From positions 224,001-288,000 of the forward strand of contig CAWJRG010000001.1 in NCBI GenBank assembly GCA_963845185.1: a stretch of 64,000 nucleotides of DNA, read 5' to 3'. Positions 1-9,947 of the stretch are shown here, piece after piece. The DNA comes from an uncultured bacterium (GTDB lineage: Bacteria > Oederibacteriota > PGYV01 > CAWJRG01). Positions within the stretch are counted from its first letter, which is position 1; each line of letters opens with the position of its first letter. The position numbers and the translations under genes were made by a program. Below the pieces are notes generated by a model that was not told the origin of the DNA, did no database searches, and was given only the letters and a program-made list of their open reading frames with translations.

Positions 1-341
1 CCCCTGTTCGCCGTGTGTATGGTCTCTGCCATTCCTATTGACGCTAAATCACCGTCGCCCTGGTAGCTGAAAACTATGTTGTCGGGTAAAACCCTTTTTA
101 TTGCAGTCGCGACAACAGGAGTCCTGCCGTGCGGCGCTTCTGTCACGTCAAAATCCCAGAAGTCATAGGCAAATACCGCGCAGCCAACAGGCGCCACGCC
201 GACCATCTTTTCCCTTATCCCGAGTTCGTCCACTACCTCTGCTATGAGTTTGTGCACAACGGAATGCCCGCATCCCGGGCAGTATGACATTGACACGTCC
301 CTCAGGGATTCGGGTTTTGAATATATTTTTTTCTCTTCCAT
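1..341 (-). CDS. 2-oxoacid:ferredoxin oxidoreductase beta subunit (TPP-binding), runs off window start
   Basis: Manual translation [26 protein letters not shown]...VAPVGC...HGR...[11 protein letters not shown] shows YCPGCGH and GDGD motifs; ATG overlaps the upstream stop (TAATG). Confidence 0.93.
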   Translation of the reverse strand, partial: MEEKKIYSKPESLRDVSMSYCPGCGHSVVHKLIAEVVDELGIREKMVGVAPVGCAVFAYDFWDFDVTEAPHGRTPVVATAIKRVLPDNIVFSYQGDGDLASIGMAETIHTANR

Positions 342-1396
342 TATTTCACCTTGTTGATGAAATTATAAAGCTCGTCCGATGTCGGCACTCCGCCGCCCGG
401 CCTTCCGTAAAATTCTATTTTGGATGAGTCCTCAACCGCGATTTTCACGTCGTCAAGCATCTGGCCCATGTTCATCTCAAATACAAAAACTTTTTTTACA
501 TTTTTGGATGCTTTTTTTATTTCCGCGTAAGGAAAGGGCCATAAAGTAATCGGCCTTATCAACCCTATATTGCCCGATGATTTTTTTATGGCGCCCTTTG
601 CTATCCTCGCGACCGTGCCAAAAGCAACTATCAAATACTCGGTTTTTTCGCTTATGTTAAAAGCCTCGAACCTCAGCTCGTCTTTCTCTATATTTTTATA
701 TTTCTTGAACAGGTCAAAGTTATGCGCCTCAAGCGCGCCCGGCTGCATTAAAAGCGAAAGTATTTTTTGGCCATGCCTGCCTTTTGCTCCGGTCAATGCC
801 CACTTTTTTTCCACATTAAGGTATTTCGGCTTGTTGTCCCTTTTAAGCTCTATATTTTCCATCATCTGCCCGAGCAGGCCGTCTGCCAGAATCATGACCG
901 GGTTCCTGTATTTGTCCGCAAGATCAAATGCCTCGAATGTAAAATCATACATTTCCTGTATGTTATCCGGCGCCAGCACTATCAAACGGTAATCGCCGTG
1001 CCCCGGCTTTGTGGCCTGAAAATAATCAGACTGCGACGGAGCAATATTGCCGAGCCCCGGCCCGCCGCGCTCGATATTTACTATTACACCAGGCAGCTCG
1101 CAGCCGGCCATATACGATATGCCTTCCTGCATTAAAGATATCCCTGGCGAAGATGACGTCGTCATTGCCCTTGCGCCTGCGACTCCTGCGCCGAATACCA
1201 GGTTTATTGAAATAAGCTCGCTTTCAGCCTGCATGAATACGCCGCCTGCTTCCCTCATGCGCTTTGACATCATTTCCGGTATTTCATTCTGCGGGGTTAT
1301 GGGATATCCTGCGTAAAACCTGCAGCCCGCATCAAGCGCAGCTTCGATTATTGCCTGGTTGCCTTTTATGAATACCTTTTCGGTTTTTGCGCTCAT
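341..1396 (-). CDS. vorB: 2-oxoacid:ferredoxin oxidoreductase alpha subunit (VorB-like)
   Basis: GN.AI...[24 protein letters not shown] and RGGPGLG motifs. Confidence 0.9.
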   Translation of the reverse strand: MSAKTEKVFIKGNQAIIEAALDAGCRFYAGYPITPQNEIPEMMSKRMREAGGVFMQAESELISINLVFGAGVAGARAMTTSSSPGISLMQEGISYMAGCELPGVIVNIERGGPGLGNIAPSQSDYFQATKPGHGDYRLIVLAPDNIQEMYDFTFEAFDLADKYRNPVMILADGLLGQMMENIELKRDNKPKYLNVEKKWALTGAKGRHGQKILSLLMQPGALEAHNFDLFKKYKNIEKDELRFEAFNISEKTEYLIVAFGTVARIAKGAIKKSSGNIGLIRPITLWPFPYAEIKKASKNVKKVFVFEMNMGQMLDDVKIAVEDSSKIEFYGRPGGGVPTSDELYNFINKVK

Positions 1397-1620
1397 TTTT
1401 TTGCCTCTACAAGCTCAAAAACTTCGATGGCTGCTTCAGGGCATACTATCGCGCACAGCATGCACGCGTTGCAGTTGCCTCCGCACACAAACTCAGGCAC
1501 AACATAGCCGTATTTATTGGCTTTTGTACCTGCTTTTATCTCCTTAAACCTGCACTCCTCTATGCATAAAAGGCATCCTTTGCATTTGTCAAAATCTATC
1601 TTTATCTTGCCTTTTCTCAT
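1393..1620 (-). CDS. 2x[4Fe-4S] ferredoxin (delta subunit of the oxidoreductase)
   Basis: CKGCLLCIEEC and CNACMLCAIVCP; start moved to ATG at 1620 after AAGGGTG. Confidence 0.9.
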   Translation of the reverse strand: MRKGKIKIDFDKCKGCLLCIEECRFKEIKAGTKANKYGYVVPEFVCGGNCNACMLCAIVCPEAAIEVFELVEAKK

Positions 1621-1633
1621 TTTGTTCACCCTT

Positions 1634-1735
1634 AGCAAGAGTTTATTTTTGCAAGCCGCCGACAGGCGCAGCAAAAATATTACTCTTGCTTAGTACCCGC
1701 TCAAGTCCGAGGCTTCAGCCGAGGACAAGTGGTAT
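1634..1735 (-). ncRNA. Candidate structured 5'-leader motif (copy 1) upstream of the oxidoreductase operon
   Basis: Two hairpins; homologous with compensatory changes to 48732-48830 and partly to 45910-45969. Confidence 0.55.
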
Positions 1736-1781
1736 TAGAAAGTTGGATAAAACAAAAAAACTTTTTAAATTTGTGGGATTT

Positions 1782-1810
1782 ATTATAATATAAATATAAT
1801 CATTTGACAA
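1782..1810 (-). promoter_or_regulatory. sigma70-type promoter for the oxidoreductase operon
   Basis: TTGTCA-17-TATAAT on the minus strand. Confidence 0.55.
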
Positions 1811-1840
1811 CGGATAATTATTGTATCCGGCTTTTCCACC

Positions 1841-1869
1841 TTGACAAAGCATAATATAGCGGATAATAT
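1841..1869 (+). promoter_or_regulatory. sigma70-type promoter, OMP gene 1
   Basis: TTGACA-17-TAATAT; homologous to the promoters at 3747 and 4726. Confidence 0.6.
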
Positions 1870-1962
1870 ATATATAATGATTAACAAAAACAGAACCAAG
1901 GAGGTGGTTTTAGTTTTATTCAATATTATTATAAAACAATATAATTCCAAAAGGAGAAAAAC

Positions 1963-2729
1963 ATGAAAAAACTCTTAATTGTACTTGCTTTAGTAACGGC
2001 TTTTGCAATCCCGTCTTTTGCGGATTTTTTCAATATCAATCTTTCAGGCGGATACACAACTCTTACAATGGCAAAAGCAAATACTTTCATACAATCAACT
2101 GCAGATAGTTTTGTGCTGAATCCCAGCGCAACCAAGCTCGGAAATGGTTTCTATGGCGCGCTCGACCTGAATTTTGCAATATTGCCCGTGCTTATGTTTG
2201 GCCCAAGGGTTGAATATATATATGCCCCGGAAGCAAAAGCCAGCGGCACGGGTTCCGAGACATTGCCGGTGCTTGGGACAGTATCAGGAACCATAACAGA
2301 TACTTTTGGCGCTTCATTAATCCCAATAATGCTTGGCATAAGCTACAAGTTGTCGCTTCCCGGCTTGCCTCTTTCACTTAAAGCAGGGGTATATGGCGGT
2401 TACGGCCTTGCGTACGCTTATCAAAATATTAATATGAGTGTTACCGGCGTTACGATACCGGGTGTAGATATCCCTTTTACCGGTTCCGGGTTCGTAGGCG
2501 AAGCGCTTTTAAGCGTTGATTTTTCCGTTGCTCCGTTTACTTCCTTCGGCCTTAATTTCGGTTACAGGACCGCGATATCTCTCAAATGAGCGTGGCAAAC
2601 GATGTTTCAATCAATGGCGTTCCAAAATCCATCACAAAAAATACTGTCCTGAAAGATTCAAGCGGCAGTGCTGTACCGTTTGATTACAGCGGTTTAATAG
2701 CGGGCTTGTCATTGACTTTTGGATTCTAA
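1963..2729 (+). pseudogene. Outer-membrane beta-barrel protein 1 (subfamily A), 1-nt frameshift near 2574
   Basis: Signal peptide and amphipathic strands. Adding one base after GYRTA gives ISQMSVAND...PFDYSGLIAGLSLTFGF*, matching paralog C-termini. May be a sequencing error. Confidence 0.8.
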
Positions 2730-2813
2730 TTATAAAGACCTCATGAAAAGGAGGTGGAATGGTTTAATTTTTATTCAATATTTATATATATTATAAACTA
2801 AAAAGGAGGAAAC

Positions 2814-3650
2814 ATGAAGAAATTTTTAATCACGGTTATTATTATTCTTTGCGCATGGTCTTTATCTTTTGCCGATGACATTGGTTTTGGAGGAGGTTTT
2901 AACTTTTTCATTGATTACACATCTGTTTCAATGGGAAAAGTAAACAGCGCGCTGGATTCTGCGAAGGGACTTCTTGAACAAGCAGGTTCATTTTTCGGTA
3001 TAACCCCGACTGAATCAAAATTAGGCAGCGGTATTCTTGGAGGCATAGCAGCGAATGTCGATCTTAAACTAATGGATACGTTCAGCGTTGGTCTCGGCTT
3101 TAGGGCCGGTTACCTTTCTGCATTTCCGGGTTCTGCAAAATTAAAGACTGATAATATCCTGGGAAGTGGTTACAGCCTTGATTTCGAGGATAATTATAGC
3201 GCATCTTTAATACCGCTTGAAGTGGGCCTTGAAGGCAAGTTTAATATTCCGGCGATTTCAGCTTCATTGGGCCTGGGCGGTTATTTAGGCTATGGCATGG
3301 CGTCAGTAAGCAACGAATGGAAACTAAACTCAACAGAGCCATTAAGCACAAATTTCGATGATACAATTCCCTACAGCGGAGGATGTCTGGTTGTGGACAT
3401 TATCGGGAATGCGTCTGTTAATATCAGTATAATATCAGTTGGCCTTGACCTTGGCTACAGGGTAGCAAATGTCAGCCATGTGACTGCCACAAAAGATTTC
3501 AGTGATACGAACTCGGGTATAACCGTTAAAAAAGGCGATACCATGAAAGACGGCAACGCAAACGGCACTTTCATGCCGGGCACCGGTAATACAGTGTCTG
3601 TTGATTTTGGCGGTTTAATTGTTGGTATAAAATTTGGAGTCGCGTTTTAA
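2814..3650 (+). CDS. Outer-membrane beta-barrel protein 2 (subfamily B)
   Basis: Signal peptide, alternating Gly/aromatic strands, GLDLGYR, terminal Phe. Confidence 0.85.
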   Translation: MKKFLITVIIILCAWSLSFADDIGFGGGFNFFIDYTSVSMGKVNSALDSAKGLLEQAGSFFGITPTESKLGSGILGGIAANVDLKLMDTFSVGLGFRAGYLSAFPGSAKLKTDNILGSGYSLDFEDNYSASLIPLEVGLEGKFNIPAISASLGLGGYLGYGMASVSNEWKLNSTEPLSTNFDDTIPYSGGCLVVDIIGNASVNISIISVGLDLGYRVANVSHVTATKDFSDTNSGITVKKGDTMKDGNANGTFMPGTGNTVSVDFGGLIVGIKFGVAF

Positions 3651-3661
3651 CTTTTGCATTC

Positions 3662-3701
3662 AATAAAAAAGGGGAGCGGTTAACGCTCCCCTTTTTTTAT
3701 T
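3662..3701 (+). terminator. Rho-independent (bidirectional-type) terminator
   Basis: AAAAAAGGGGAGCG-GTTAA-CGCTCCCCTTTTTTT. Confidence 0.9.
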
Positions 3702-3746
3702 TCAGCATTTCTTCAATCTATATCAGGCATGCTTTATAATTCATTC

Positions 3747-3775
3747 TTGACAAAACACATAAGAATAGATAACAT
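3747..3775 (+). promoter_or_regulatory. sigma70-type promoter, OMP gene 3
   Basis: TTGACA-17-TAACAT. Confidence 0.6.
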
Positions 3776-3811
3776 ATATTTAAGATAAAAAAAACTAAAA
3801 AAGGAGGAAAC

Positions 3812-4630
3812 ATGAAGAAATTTTTAATCGCGGTTATTATCATTCTTTGCGCATGGTCTTTATCTTTTGCTGATGAAATTGGTTTCGGAGGAGGCGTGAA
3901 CTTTTTTGCAGATTACACAACAGTTTCAATGGGAAAAATAAACAGCCAGGTCGATTACGTTCAAAATTACATTCAAACTATGGCTGCCGGCTTGGGTACC
4001 CCCACGGAAACAAAACTCGGCAGTGGTTTTCTTGGAGGCATAGCAGCGAATTTCGATCTTAAGCTAATGGATATGTTCAGCGTCGGCCTCGGCTTTAGGG
4101 GCGGTTATCTTTATGCGTTTCCCGGCTCTGTAAAATTAAATATTAGTAATATTTATGGATCCGGTTACAATGTGGATATCACTGATACATTTAGCGGGTC
4201 TTTGATTCCGCTTGAAATAGGTGTTTCCGGCAAAGTAAATATCCCCTCGACAGGCATATCCGCAGGACTTGGGTTATATGGAGGTATAGGCATAGCATCG
4301 GCAAGCACAGAACAGAAGTTTACCACAACCATTCCGAACATACAAAATGACGACGTTACAGTCCCATACAGCGGCACATGCGCGGTTTTTGATATTATTG
4401 GCAATGTATCTGTTACAATGAGCATAATATCGGTCGGTCTTGACCTCGGCTACAGGATAGCTGATGTTTCACAAATAAAAGCAACACAAACTATTACTGA
4501 TAATAACAGTATTTTTCCCACCAGCGTTAACAAAGGCGATGTTGCGAAAGATATAAACGGCGACGGCGGCATTATTGATGTCGATTTCGGCGGCTTGGTT
4601 GTTGGTATAAAAGTCGGCGTCGCGTTTTAA
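3812..4630 (+). CDS. Outer-membrane beta-barrel protein 3 (subfamily B)
   Basis: Paralog of 2814-3650 with a near-identical signal peptide; terminal Phe. Confidence 0.85.
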   Translation: MKKFLIAVIIILCAWSLSFADEIGFGGGVNFFADYTTVSMGKINSQVDYVQNYIQTMAAGLGTPTETKLGSGFLGGIAANFDLKLMDMFSVGLGFRGGYLYAFPGSVKLNISNIYGSGYNVDITDTFSGSLIPLEIGVSGKVNIPSTGISAGLGLYGGIGIASASTEQKFTTTIPNIQNDDVTVPYSGTCAVFDIIGNVSVTMSIISVGLDLGYRIADVSQIKATQTITDNNSIFPTSVNKGDVAKDINGDGGIIDVDFGGLVVGIKVGVAF

Positions 4631-4641
4631 CTTTTGCATTC

Positions 4642-4680
4642 AATAAAAAAAGGGAGCGTTAATCGCTCCCTTTTTTTATT
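4642..4680 (+). terminator. Rho-independent terminator
   Basis: AAAAAAAGGGAGCG-TTAAT-CGCTCCCTTTTTTT. Confidence 0.9.
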
Positions 4681-4725
4681 TCACTGGTTCTTTGATATAT
4701 ATAAGGCATGCTTTTCAATTCCTTC

Positions 4726-4754
4726 TTGACAAAGCATAAGATATTATTTAACAT
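4726..4754 (+). promoter_or_regulatory. sigma70-type promoter, OMP gene 4
   Basis: TTGACA-17-TAACAT. Confidence 0.6.
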
Positions 4755-4859
4755 GTATTTAAGGTGATAATAAAAAGAAAAACTTAAACAAGAGGAGGTG
4801 AAATAGTTTAGTTTTTATCCAATATTAATCAATATATTATAAACTTAAAAGGAGGAAAC

Positions 4860-5669
4860 ATGAGGAAATTATTAATCGCAGCGGTTCTTGTTCTTAGTTT
4901 ATCGTCTTTAACATTTGCTATTGGAGGAGGCGTGTACTTTTTTGCAGATTACACTTCAGTTTCAATGTCAAAAGCAAATAGCCAGATAGATTACATTGAG
5001 AATAATCTTAGCAACAATAACCCCTTTGGCGTTAACCCGACAGAAACAAAACTCGGCAGCGGTTTTCTCGGAGGTTTGGAAGCAAACATAGATGTTCCTA
5101 TTGTTGATATTTTTGCCATAGACGCCGGACTGCGCGGTGGTTATCTTTATGCGTTCCCGGGATCTATAAAATTGAATGCTACAAATATTATGGGCACCGG
5201 TTACAACCTGGATCTCAATGCAACATTTAACGGGTCTTTAATTCCAATTGAAATAGGCGTTGCAGGCAAATTAAATATTCCGGCAACAGGGATATCTGCA
5301 AGCCTCGGATTTTACGGAGGGTTAGGCATGGCATCTGTAAGCCAGGAAATGAAGTTGACCACAAATATTCCAGCAGGTATGGGGCCATCAAACGATGACG
5401 TTACGGTTCCATACAGCGGCACATGCCCGGTTTTTGAAATTATCGGTAATTTGTCCGCGACAATCAGCGTAATATCGATAGGCCTTGACCTCGGTTACAG
5501 GATGGCGGATGCTTCACAAATGAAGGCAACAAAGACTGTTAATGATTCCAATTTTAACATAGCTGTTAATAAAGGCGATGCTATGAAAGATGCGAACGGC
5601 GACGGCGGTAATGTAGACATTGATTTTAGCGGTTTGATTGTTGGTTTGAAAGTAGGAGTCTCGTTCTAA
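4860..5669 (+). CDS. Outer-membrane beta-barrel protein 4 (subfamily B)
   Basis: Paralog with signal peptide, GLDLGYR and terminal Phe. Confidence 0.85.
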   Translation: MRKLLIAAVLVLSLSSLTFAIGGGVYFFADYTSVSMSKANSQIDYIENNLSNNNPFGVNPTETKLGSGFLGGLEANIDVPIVDIFAIDAGLRGGYLYAFPGSIKLNATNIMGTGYNLDLNATFNGSLIPIEIGVAGKLNIPATGISASLGFYGGLGMASVSQEMKLTTNIPAGMGPSNDDVTVPYSGTCPVFEIIGNLSATISVISIGLDLGYRMADASQMKATKTVNDSNFNIAVNKGDAMKDANGDGGNVDIDFSGLIVGLKVGVSF

Positions 5670-5680
5670 TTTTATTATTC

Positions 5681-5718
5681 AATAAAAAAGGGAGCGGTTA
5701 ATGCTCCCTTTTTTTATT
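5681..5718 (+). terminator. Rho-independent terminator
   Basis: AAAAAAGGGAGCG-GTTAA-TGCTCCCTTTTTTT. Confidence 0.88.
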
Positions 5719-5748
5719 TCAACGTCTCCACAGTCTTATGGAGGGAAC

Positions 5749-6552
5749 ATGAAAAGATTTTTAATCACGCTTGTTTTGGCAACGGTTTTAGCCATTCCGT
5801 CATTTGCAAATAACTTTAATATTAGCCTTTCGGGCGGTTATACAACGCTTATAATGGCAAAAGTGAATGAATTCGTACAATCAATCCAAAATTCAGCCGG
5901 AGGGTGGGGCACTGTAACCAACCTCAACAGCGGTTATTATGCCGCGCTTGACGCAAATTTCACAGTACTTCCCTCACTCACGATAGGCCCAAGAATTGAA
6001 TTTGTCAATGCCATGGCAGGCGAATACAATTTTTCAGGTTATGTCCCGACTTTTGGGCAGTTGTCCTTTACAGATTCTTTTGGCGCTTCATTAATCCCAA
6101 TACTTTTAGGCATAAGCTATAGTACTTATTTCCCTCACATTTCCGTAAAATACGCAGTATATGGGGGTTATGGTTTTGCAGCCGCATACAACAACGCGAG
6201 TTTCTTTATGCCGGCTTCGGGACAGCTGACAGAAAACATTCCCCTTTCCGGCTCGGGCCTTGTCGGTGAAATACTGGTAAGCGGCGATTATTCTTTTGCC
6301 CGATTTTTTTCAATCGGCCTTAATCTGGGATTCAGGATGGCGAATATCCCGCAGATGAAAGCGGCAAAAGATGTTCCGCCTGTTTCCGGTATTTCCAATA
6401 TTCCGGGCGCTTCAGGTATTTACGGTATTTCCGGTTTTACAAGCGGAATAACAAAAGGCAGTGTGTTTAAAGACCAGGCAACAACCGGCAACGACCTGCC
6501 GTTTGATTACAGCGGCTTGATGACGGGTTTGGCATTTAATTTCAGTTTTTAA
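5749..6552 (+). CDS. Outer-membrane beta-barrel protein 5 (subfamily A)
   Basis: Start MKRFLITL after GGAGGG; paralog of gene 1 (FNI.LSGGYTTL.MAK, GPR.E, PFDYSGL); terminal Phe. Confidence 0.85.
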   Translation: MKRFLITLVLATVLAIPSFANNFNISLSGGYTTLIMAKVNEFVQSIQNSAGGWGTVTNLNSGYYAALDANFTVLPSLTIGPRIEFVNAMAGEYNFSGYVPTFGQLSFTDSFGASLIPILLGISYSTYFPHISVKYAVYGGYGFAAAYNNASFFMPASGQLTENIPLSGSGLVGEILVSGDYSFARFFSIGLNLGFRMANIPQMKAAKDVPPVSGISNIPGASGIYGISGFTSGITKGSVFKDQATTGNDLPFDYSGLMTGLAFNFSF

Positions 6553-6568
6553 TTTAATTCACTTTAAT

Positions 6569-6596
6569 GTAGAGACACGCCATGGCGTGTCTCTAC
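6569..6596. repeat. REP palindrome (GTAG type)
   Basis: Perfect palindrome GTAGAGACACGCCATGGCGTGTCTCTAC. Confidence 0.92.
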
Positions 6597-6630
6597 TGCT
6601 TTCAGATTTTTAGTTTTGCAGGAGGAAAAC

Positions 6631-7382
6631 ATGAAAAAATTTTTGATTACGCTCGCTTTATAATAACCCCTGCCATTGCCTTATTTTCAGAAACCCTTAA
6701 CTTTAATTTTTCGCTTGGATATGCAACAACAGCAATAAATGACATTGATAATGCCCTTCAAAATATCCCGAATGCCACAGGCTCAGTACCCGCGCCGAAC
6801 AGCGGTAATTACTTTGCTTTTGAAGCAAATTACAAATTACAAAACGGTTTTATGATAGGCCCCAGGATAGAGTTCATAAATACGGATATGTATACCTGGC
6901 AATTTGGTTATTATAACGACTATACTGCCGCTTTAATGCCAATACTTATTGGCGTAAGTAACAAGTATGATTATCATGAAATGACAGTTTTGGGTTATCC
7001 AGGAGTACCAATTTTTATAAAAGTTGGATTATATTTAGGTTATGCCCTTGGAAGTGCATATAATAACATTAAAAAGAATTATCCCGGTACGGAAATGTCG
7101 GTTTTCTATGGGTCCACAATACGGACTATTGAAACAGTATCAATGAATGGTTCAGGCTTTGTCGCCGAAGCACTTATAAGCTTTAATTGCGGTTTTCTCG
7201 CTCTCAACATTGGTTACAGGGAAGCCTATATTCACCAAATGACATATTCGAATAATCTTTCAGATTCCAATCTCGGGATATATGTCAATAAAGGGGCTGT
7301 GGTCAAGGATTTAAACAACAAAACTTTGGGGTTTGATTTCAGCGGTTTCATTTTCGGTCCGGCAATAAATATCGGGTTTTAA
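6631..7382 (+). pseudogene. Outer-membrane beta-barrel protein 6 (divergent subfamily A), 1-nt frameshift near 6660
   Basis: GGAGG-ATG gives MKKFLITLAL*; adding one base joins IITPAIALFSETLNFNF...GPAINIGF. May be a sequencing error. Confidence 0.78.
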
Positions 7383-7387
7383 TTTAA

Positions 7388-7413
7388 CAGACAGCCCGCC
7401 GGGTCGTCTCTAC
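7388..7413. repeat. Degenerate REP, variant type
   Basis: CAGACAGCCCGCCGGGTCGTCTCTAC resembles the reverse complement of the REP at 23031. Confidence 0.65.
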
Positions 7414-7452
7414 CTTTAATCTTATAAAAATTTTAATTCTACGGGAGGAAAC

Positions 7453-8307
7453 ATGAAGAAGATTTTAGTCGCAGCAGTTCTTTTTGCCGGTTTATCGCCT
7501 TTGACAAACGCAATGGATATAACACAGTCAACGGGAACGAATACAAATCCTTCTACTCTTGGATGGGGTGTGAACATTTTTGCCGATTACACTACAGTTT
7601 CAATGGGAAAAGCAAACAGCCAGATAGATTACGTAGAAAGCGGAACAAAGGCTGCATTCGGCGCCTTAGGTATCGGCCCGACAGAAATAAAATTCGGCGG
7701 CGCTTTTCTTGCAGGCTTAACCGCAAATATAGAAATCCCTTTTCTTGATATTTGGGCCTGTGATATTGGTTTAAGGGGCGGTTATCTTAATGCATTTCCG
7801 GGTTCTGTACAGTTGAATTCCAGCGATATTATGGGGTCCGGCTTGAACATAGATTTAGCCGACACATATAATGCGTCTTTGATTCCGCTTGAAATAGGTG
7901 TTGCCGGTAAAATAAATATCCCAAATACGGCAATTTCAGCAAGTCTTGGAATATACGGAGGTTATGGCATAGCATCAGGAAGCGAAGAAGTAATGGTTAA
8001 CACAAACATTCCAGCGGGTATGGGCGCCCCTGCAAACGACAGCGTTACAATTCCGTACGGCGGCTCATGCGCGGTTTTTGAAATTATCGGCAATGCGTCC
8101 ATAAAAATCAATATGTTATCTTTAGGCCTCGACCTCGGCTACAGGATAGCCGATGTTTCCCGGGTGAAGGCAACAAAAACCGTCACTGATTCCAATTTCG
8201 ATTTAAATGTGCAGAACGGTGCTGTTTTCAAAGACAAAAACGGCAATGCCGTGGATTTTGATTTCGGCGGCTTGATTGTCGGCTTGAAAACCGGCATCGA
8301 GTTCTAA
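7453..8307 (+). CDS. Outer-membrane beta-barrel protein 7 (subfamily B)
   Basis: Paralog with ADYTTVSMGK, GLDLGYR and terminal Phe. Confidence 0.85.
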   Translation: MKKILVAAVLFAGLSPLTNAMDITQSTGTNTNPSTLGWGVNIFADYTTVSMGKANSQIDYVESGTKAAFGALGIGPTEIKFGGAFLAGLTANIEIPFLDIWACDIGLRGGYLNAFPGSVQLNSSDIMGSGLNIDLADTYNASLIPLEIGVAGKINIPNTAISASLGIYGGYGIASGSEEVMVNTNIPAGMGAPANDSVTIPYGGSCAVFEIIGNASIKINMLSLGLDLGYRIADVSRVKATKTVTDSNFDLNVQNGAVFKDKNGNAVDFDFGGLIVGLKTGIEF

Positions 8308-8333
8308 TTTTATCATCGTAGAGACACGCCATG

Positions 8334-9947
8334 GAGTCTGTCTCAAAAGCCTCTTAATTCTTTGACATAAATGGTATAATGGTTTCAAAATTTAGCGAAG
8401 GAGAAACCAAATGCCAACGATAAGAGCCGATAGAAATCAAATGTATCTACTGCCACCGGCAATAGAAGATTGGGTTTCAAAAGATCATTTAGCTCGATTT
8501 GTCGTAGAATTCGTAGAAGAATTACCGCTTGAAGAGATGGGTTTTAAAATGGAAGAAGAAACCGGAAGACCGGGATATTTTGTAGATCTTTTACTTGGGG
8601 CATGGATGTACGGCATACTGGAAGGAAAAAAGAGCAGCAGAAAAGTTGAAAAAATGACTTACGATTCAATGGGGATGATATGGATAACCGGGAATAATCA
8701 TCCCGACCATAATACGCTATGGAGATTTTTTAAAGGAAATAAAGAGCAGATAAGGGTTTTACTGAAGGAGACGGTGCGTGTGGCAACAAACAACAATTTG
8801 GTTGGTTTTGAAATTCAAGCCGTGGACGGCACAAAAATACAGGCAGATGTAAATAAGGAAAAGACCAAAACAATAAAAGACATGAATAAAAAAATACAAG
8901 AATTAGACAGAGAAATAGACAAAATAATGGTGGAAATTGAGAAAAATGACGAACAAGACGATGAAGAGGGCAAAAGTAAGTGCGGAATGCCAAAAGAATT
9001 GCAGGAAAAGGAGAAACTGCGTCAGGTAATAAGAGAACATATAGAACGTATGAAAAGTGAAGGAAAAACAACTGAAAACCCCACAGATAGAGACAGCCGG
9101 TTCATGATGACAAGAGGTAAAGGACTGCAACAGGCATATAACTCACAGGTTGTTGTGGACGCAAAGAAACAGATAATTGTGGCAGAGAATGTGACAAACA
9201 AGGAATCGGATGCTCACATGCTGAATGATATGATAGAAAAAGCAGAGTCGAATACCGGACAAAAATCAGGAGTAACGCTTGCGGATGGAGGGTATTATTC
9301 ACCGGAAGAACTGGCAAAAGCCAAAGAAGAAAAAAGGAATATAATTGTTAACTTGCCGGAGGATGACAGCGATAGGCCGTATGGCAAAGCGCATTTTAAA
9401 TACGACAAAGAAAAAAACGAATATGTATGTCCTAAAAATGGCAGGCTTGAATATACCAGTATAAGGAAGAAGAAAAACGGAAAAGAGACAATGATATACC
9501 GATGCGGGGATCATAGGGATTGTATTTATAAATACGAATGCAGCAAGGTAAAATCCGGAAGGATAATAGAAGCAAATAAGCATGAGTATGAGGAGATAGT
9601 GTCAATATACAGAGAAGAAGCTAGGGTCAATAACTGGAAAGAACAGCTTCGAAAGAGAAAAACAATAGTTGAGCCATTATTGGGACGTATAAAAAACGTA
9701 CTTGGTTTTACAAGATTTAGTGTTAGAGGAATCGAAAGCGTAAAAACACAATGGTCTTTTATATGCGCCGCCCATAACATAAAGACAATGTATGCCTTGT
9801 GGAGGGAAGGTAAGGTTAAATTAAGGTTCGCAACCTGACAAGAAAAGAACCACAAATCGAAAAGAAGAGAAATAATAAAGATAGGGGCTAAAAAACGCGA
9901 TAAGTGTAGGCAATGCAAGGCGTTTAAAAGAGTTTTGAGACAGACTC
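8334..9947 (+). mobile_element. IS1182-family insertion sequence
   Basis: 15-bp perfect terminal IRs GAGTCTGTCTCAAAA / TTTTGAGACAGACTC, CATG target duplication, single transposase. Confidence 0.92.
8411..9838 (+). CDS. IS1182-family DDE transposase
   Basis: GRPGY, SSRK.E, PDHNTL..F, AVDGTKIQA, TD.DSRFM, YNSQ, ADGGY, CP..G, R..IVEP..G.IK motifs. Confidence 0.93.
   Translation: MPTIRADRNQMYLLPPAIEDWVSKDHLARFVVEFVEELPLEEMGFKMEEETGRPGYFVDLLLGAWMYGILEGKKSSRKVEKMTYDSMGMIWITGNNHPDHNTLWRFFKGNKEQIRVLLKETVRVATNNNLVGFEIQAVDGTKIQADVNKEKTKTIKDMNKKIQELDREIDKIMVEIEKNDEQDDEEGKSKCGMPKELQEKEKLRQVIREHIERMKSEGKTTENPTDRDSRFMMTRGKGLQQAYNSQVVVDAKKQIIVAENVTNKESDAHMLNDMIEKAESNTGQKSGVTLADGGYYSPEELAKAKEEKRNIIVNLPEDDSDRPYGKAHFKYDKEKNEYVCPKNGRLEYTSIRKKKNGKETMIYRCGDHRDCIYKYECSKVKSGRIIEANKHEYEEIVSIYREEARVNNWKEQLRKRKTIVEPLLGRIKNVLGFTRFSVRGIESVKTQWSFICAAHNIKTMYALWREGKVKLRFAT

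Noticed and set aside
1811..1829. CGGATA-N7-TATCCG inverted repeat between divergent promoters
   Set aside because: Single short instance; cannot be distinguished from chance
6582..6630. ORF-track start for OMP6
   Set aside because: The ATG is inside a REP; the real RBS, ATG and signal peptide begin at 6631
1963..8307. OMP array as an integron cassette array or DGR target
   Set aside because: No attC-like sites or integrase, no intact RT, and no adenine-specific TR/VR pair seen; several genes have their own promoters
8362..8380. TTGACA...TATAAT inside the IS1182 left end as a promoter pair
   Set aside because: Spacing is only 7 nt; the -10 may be real but not with this -35
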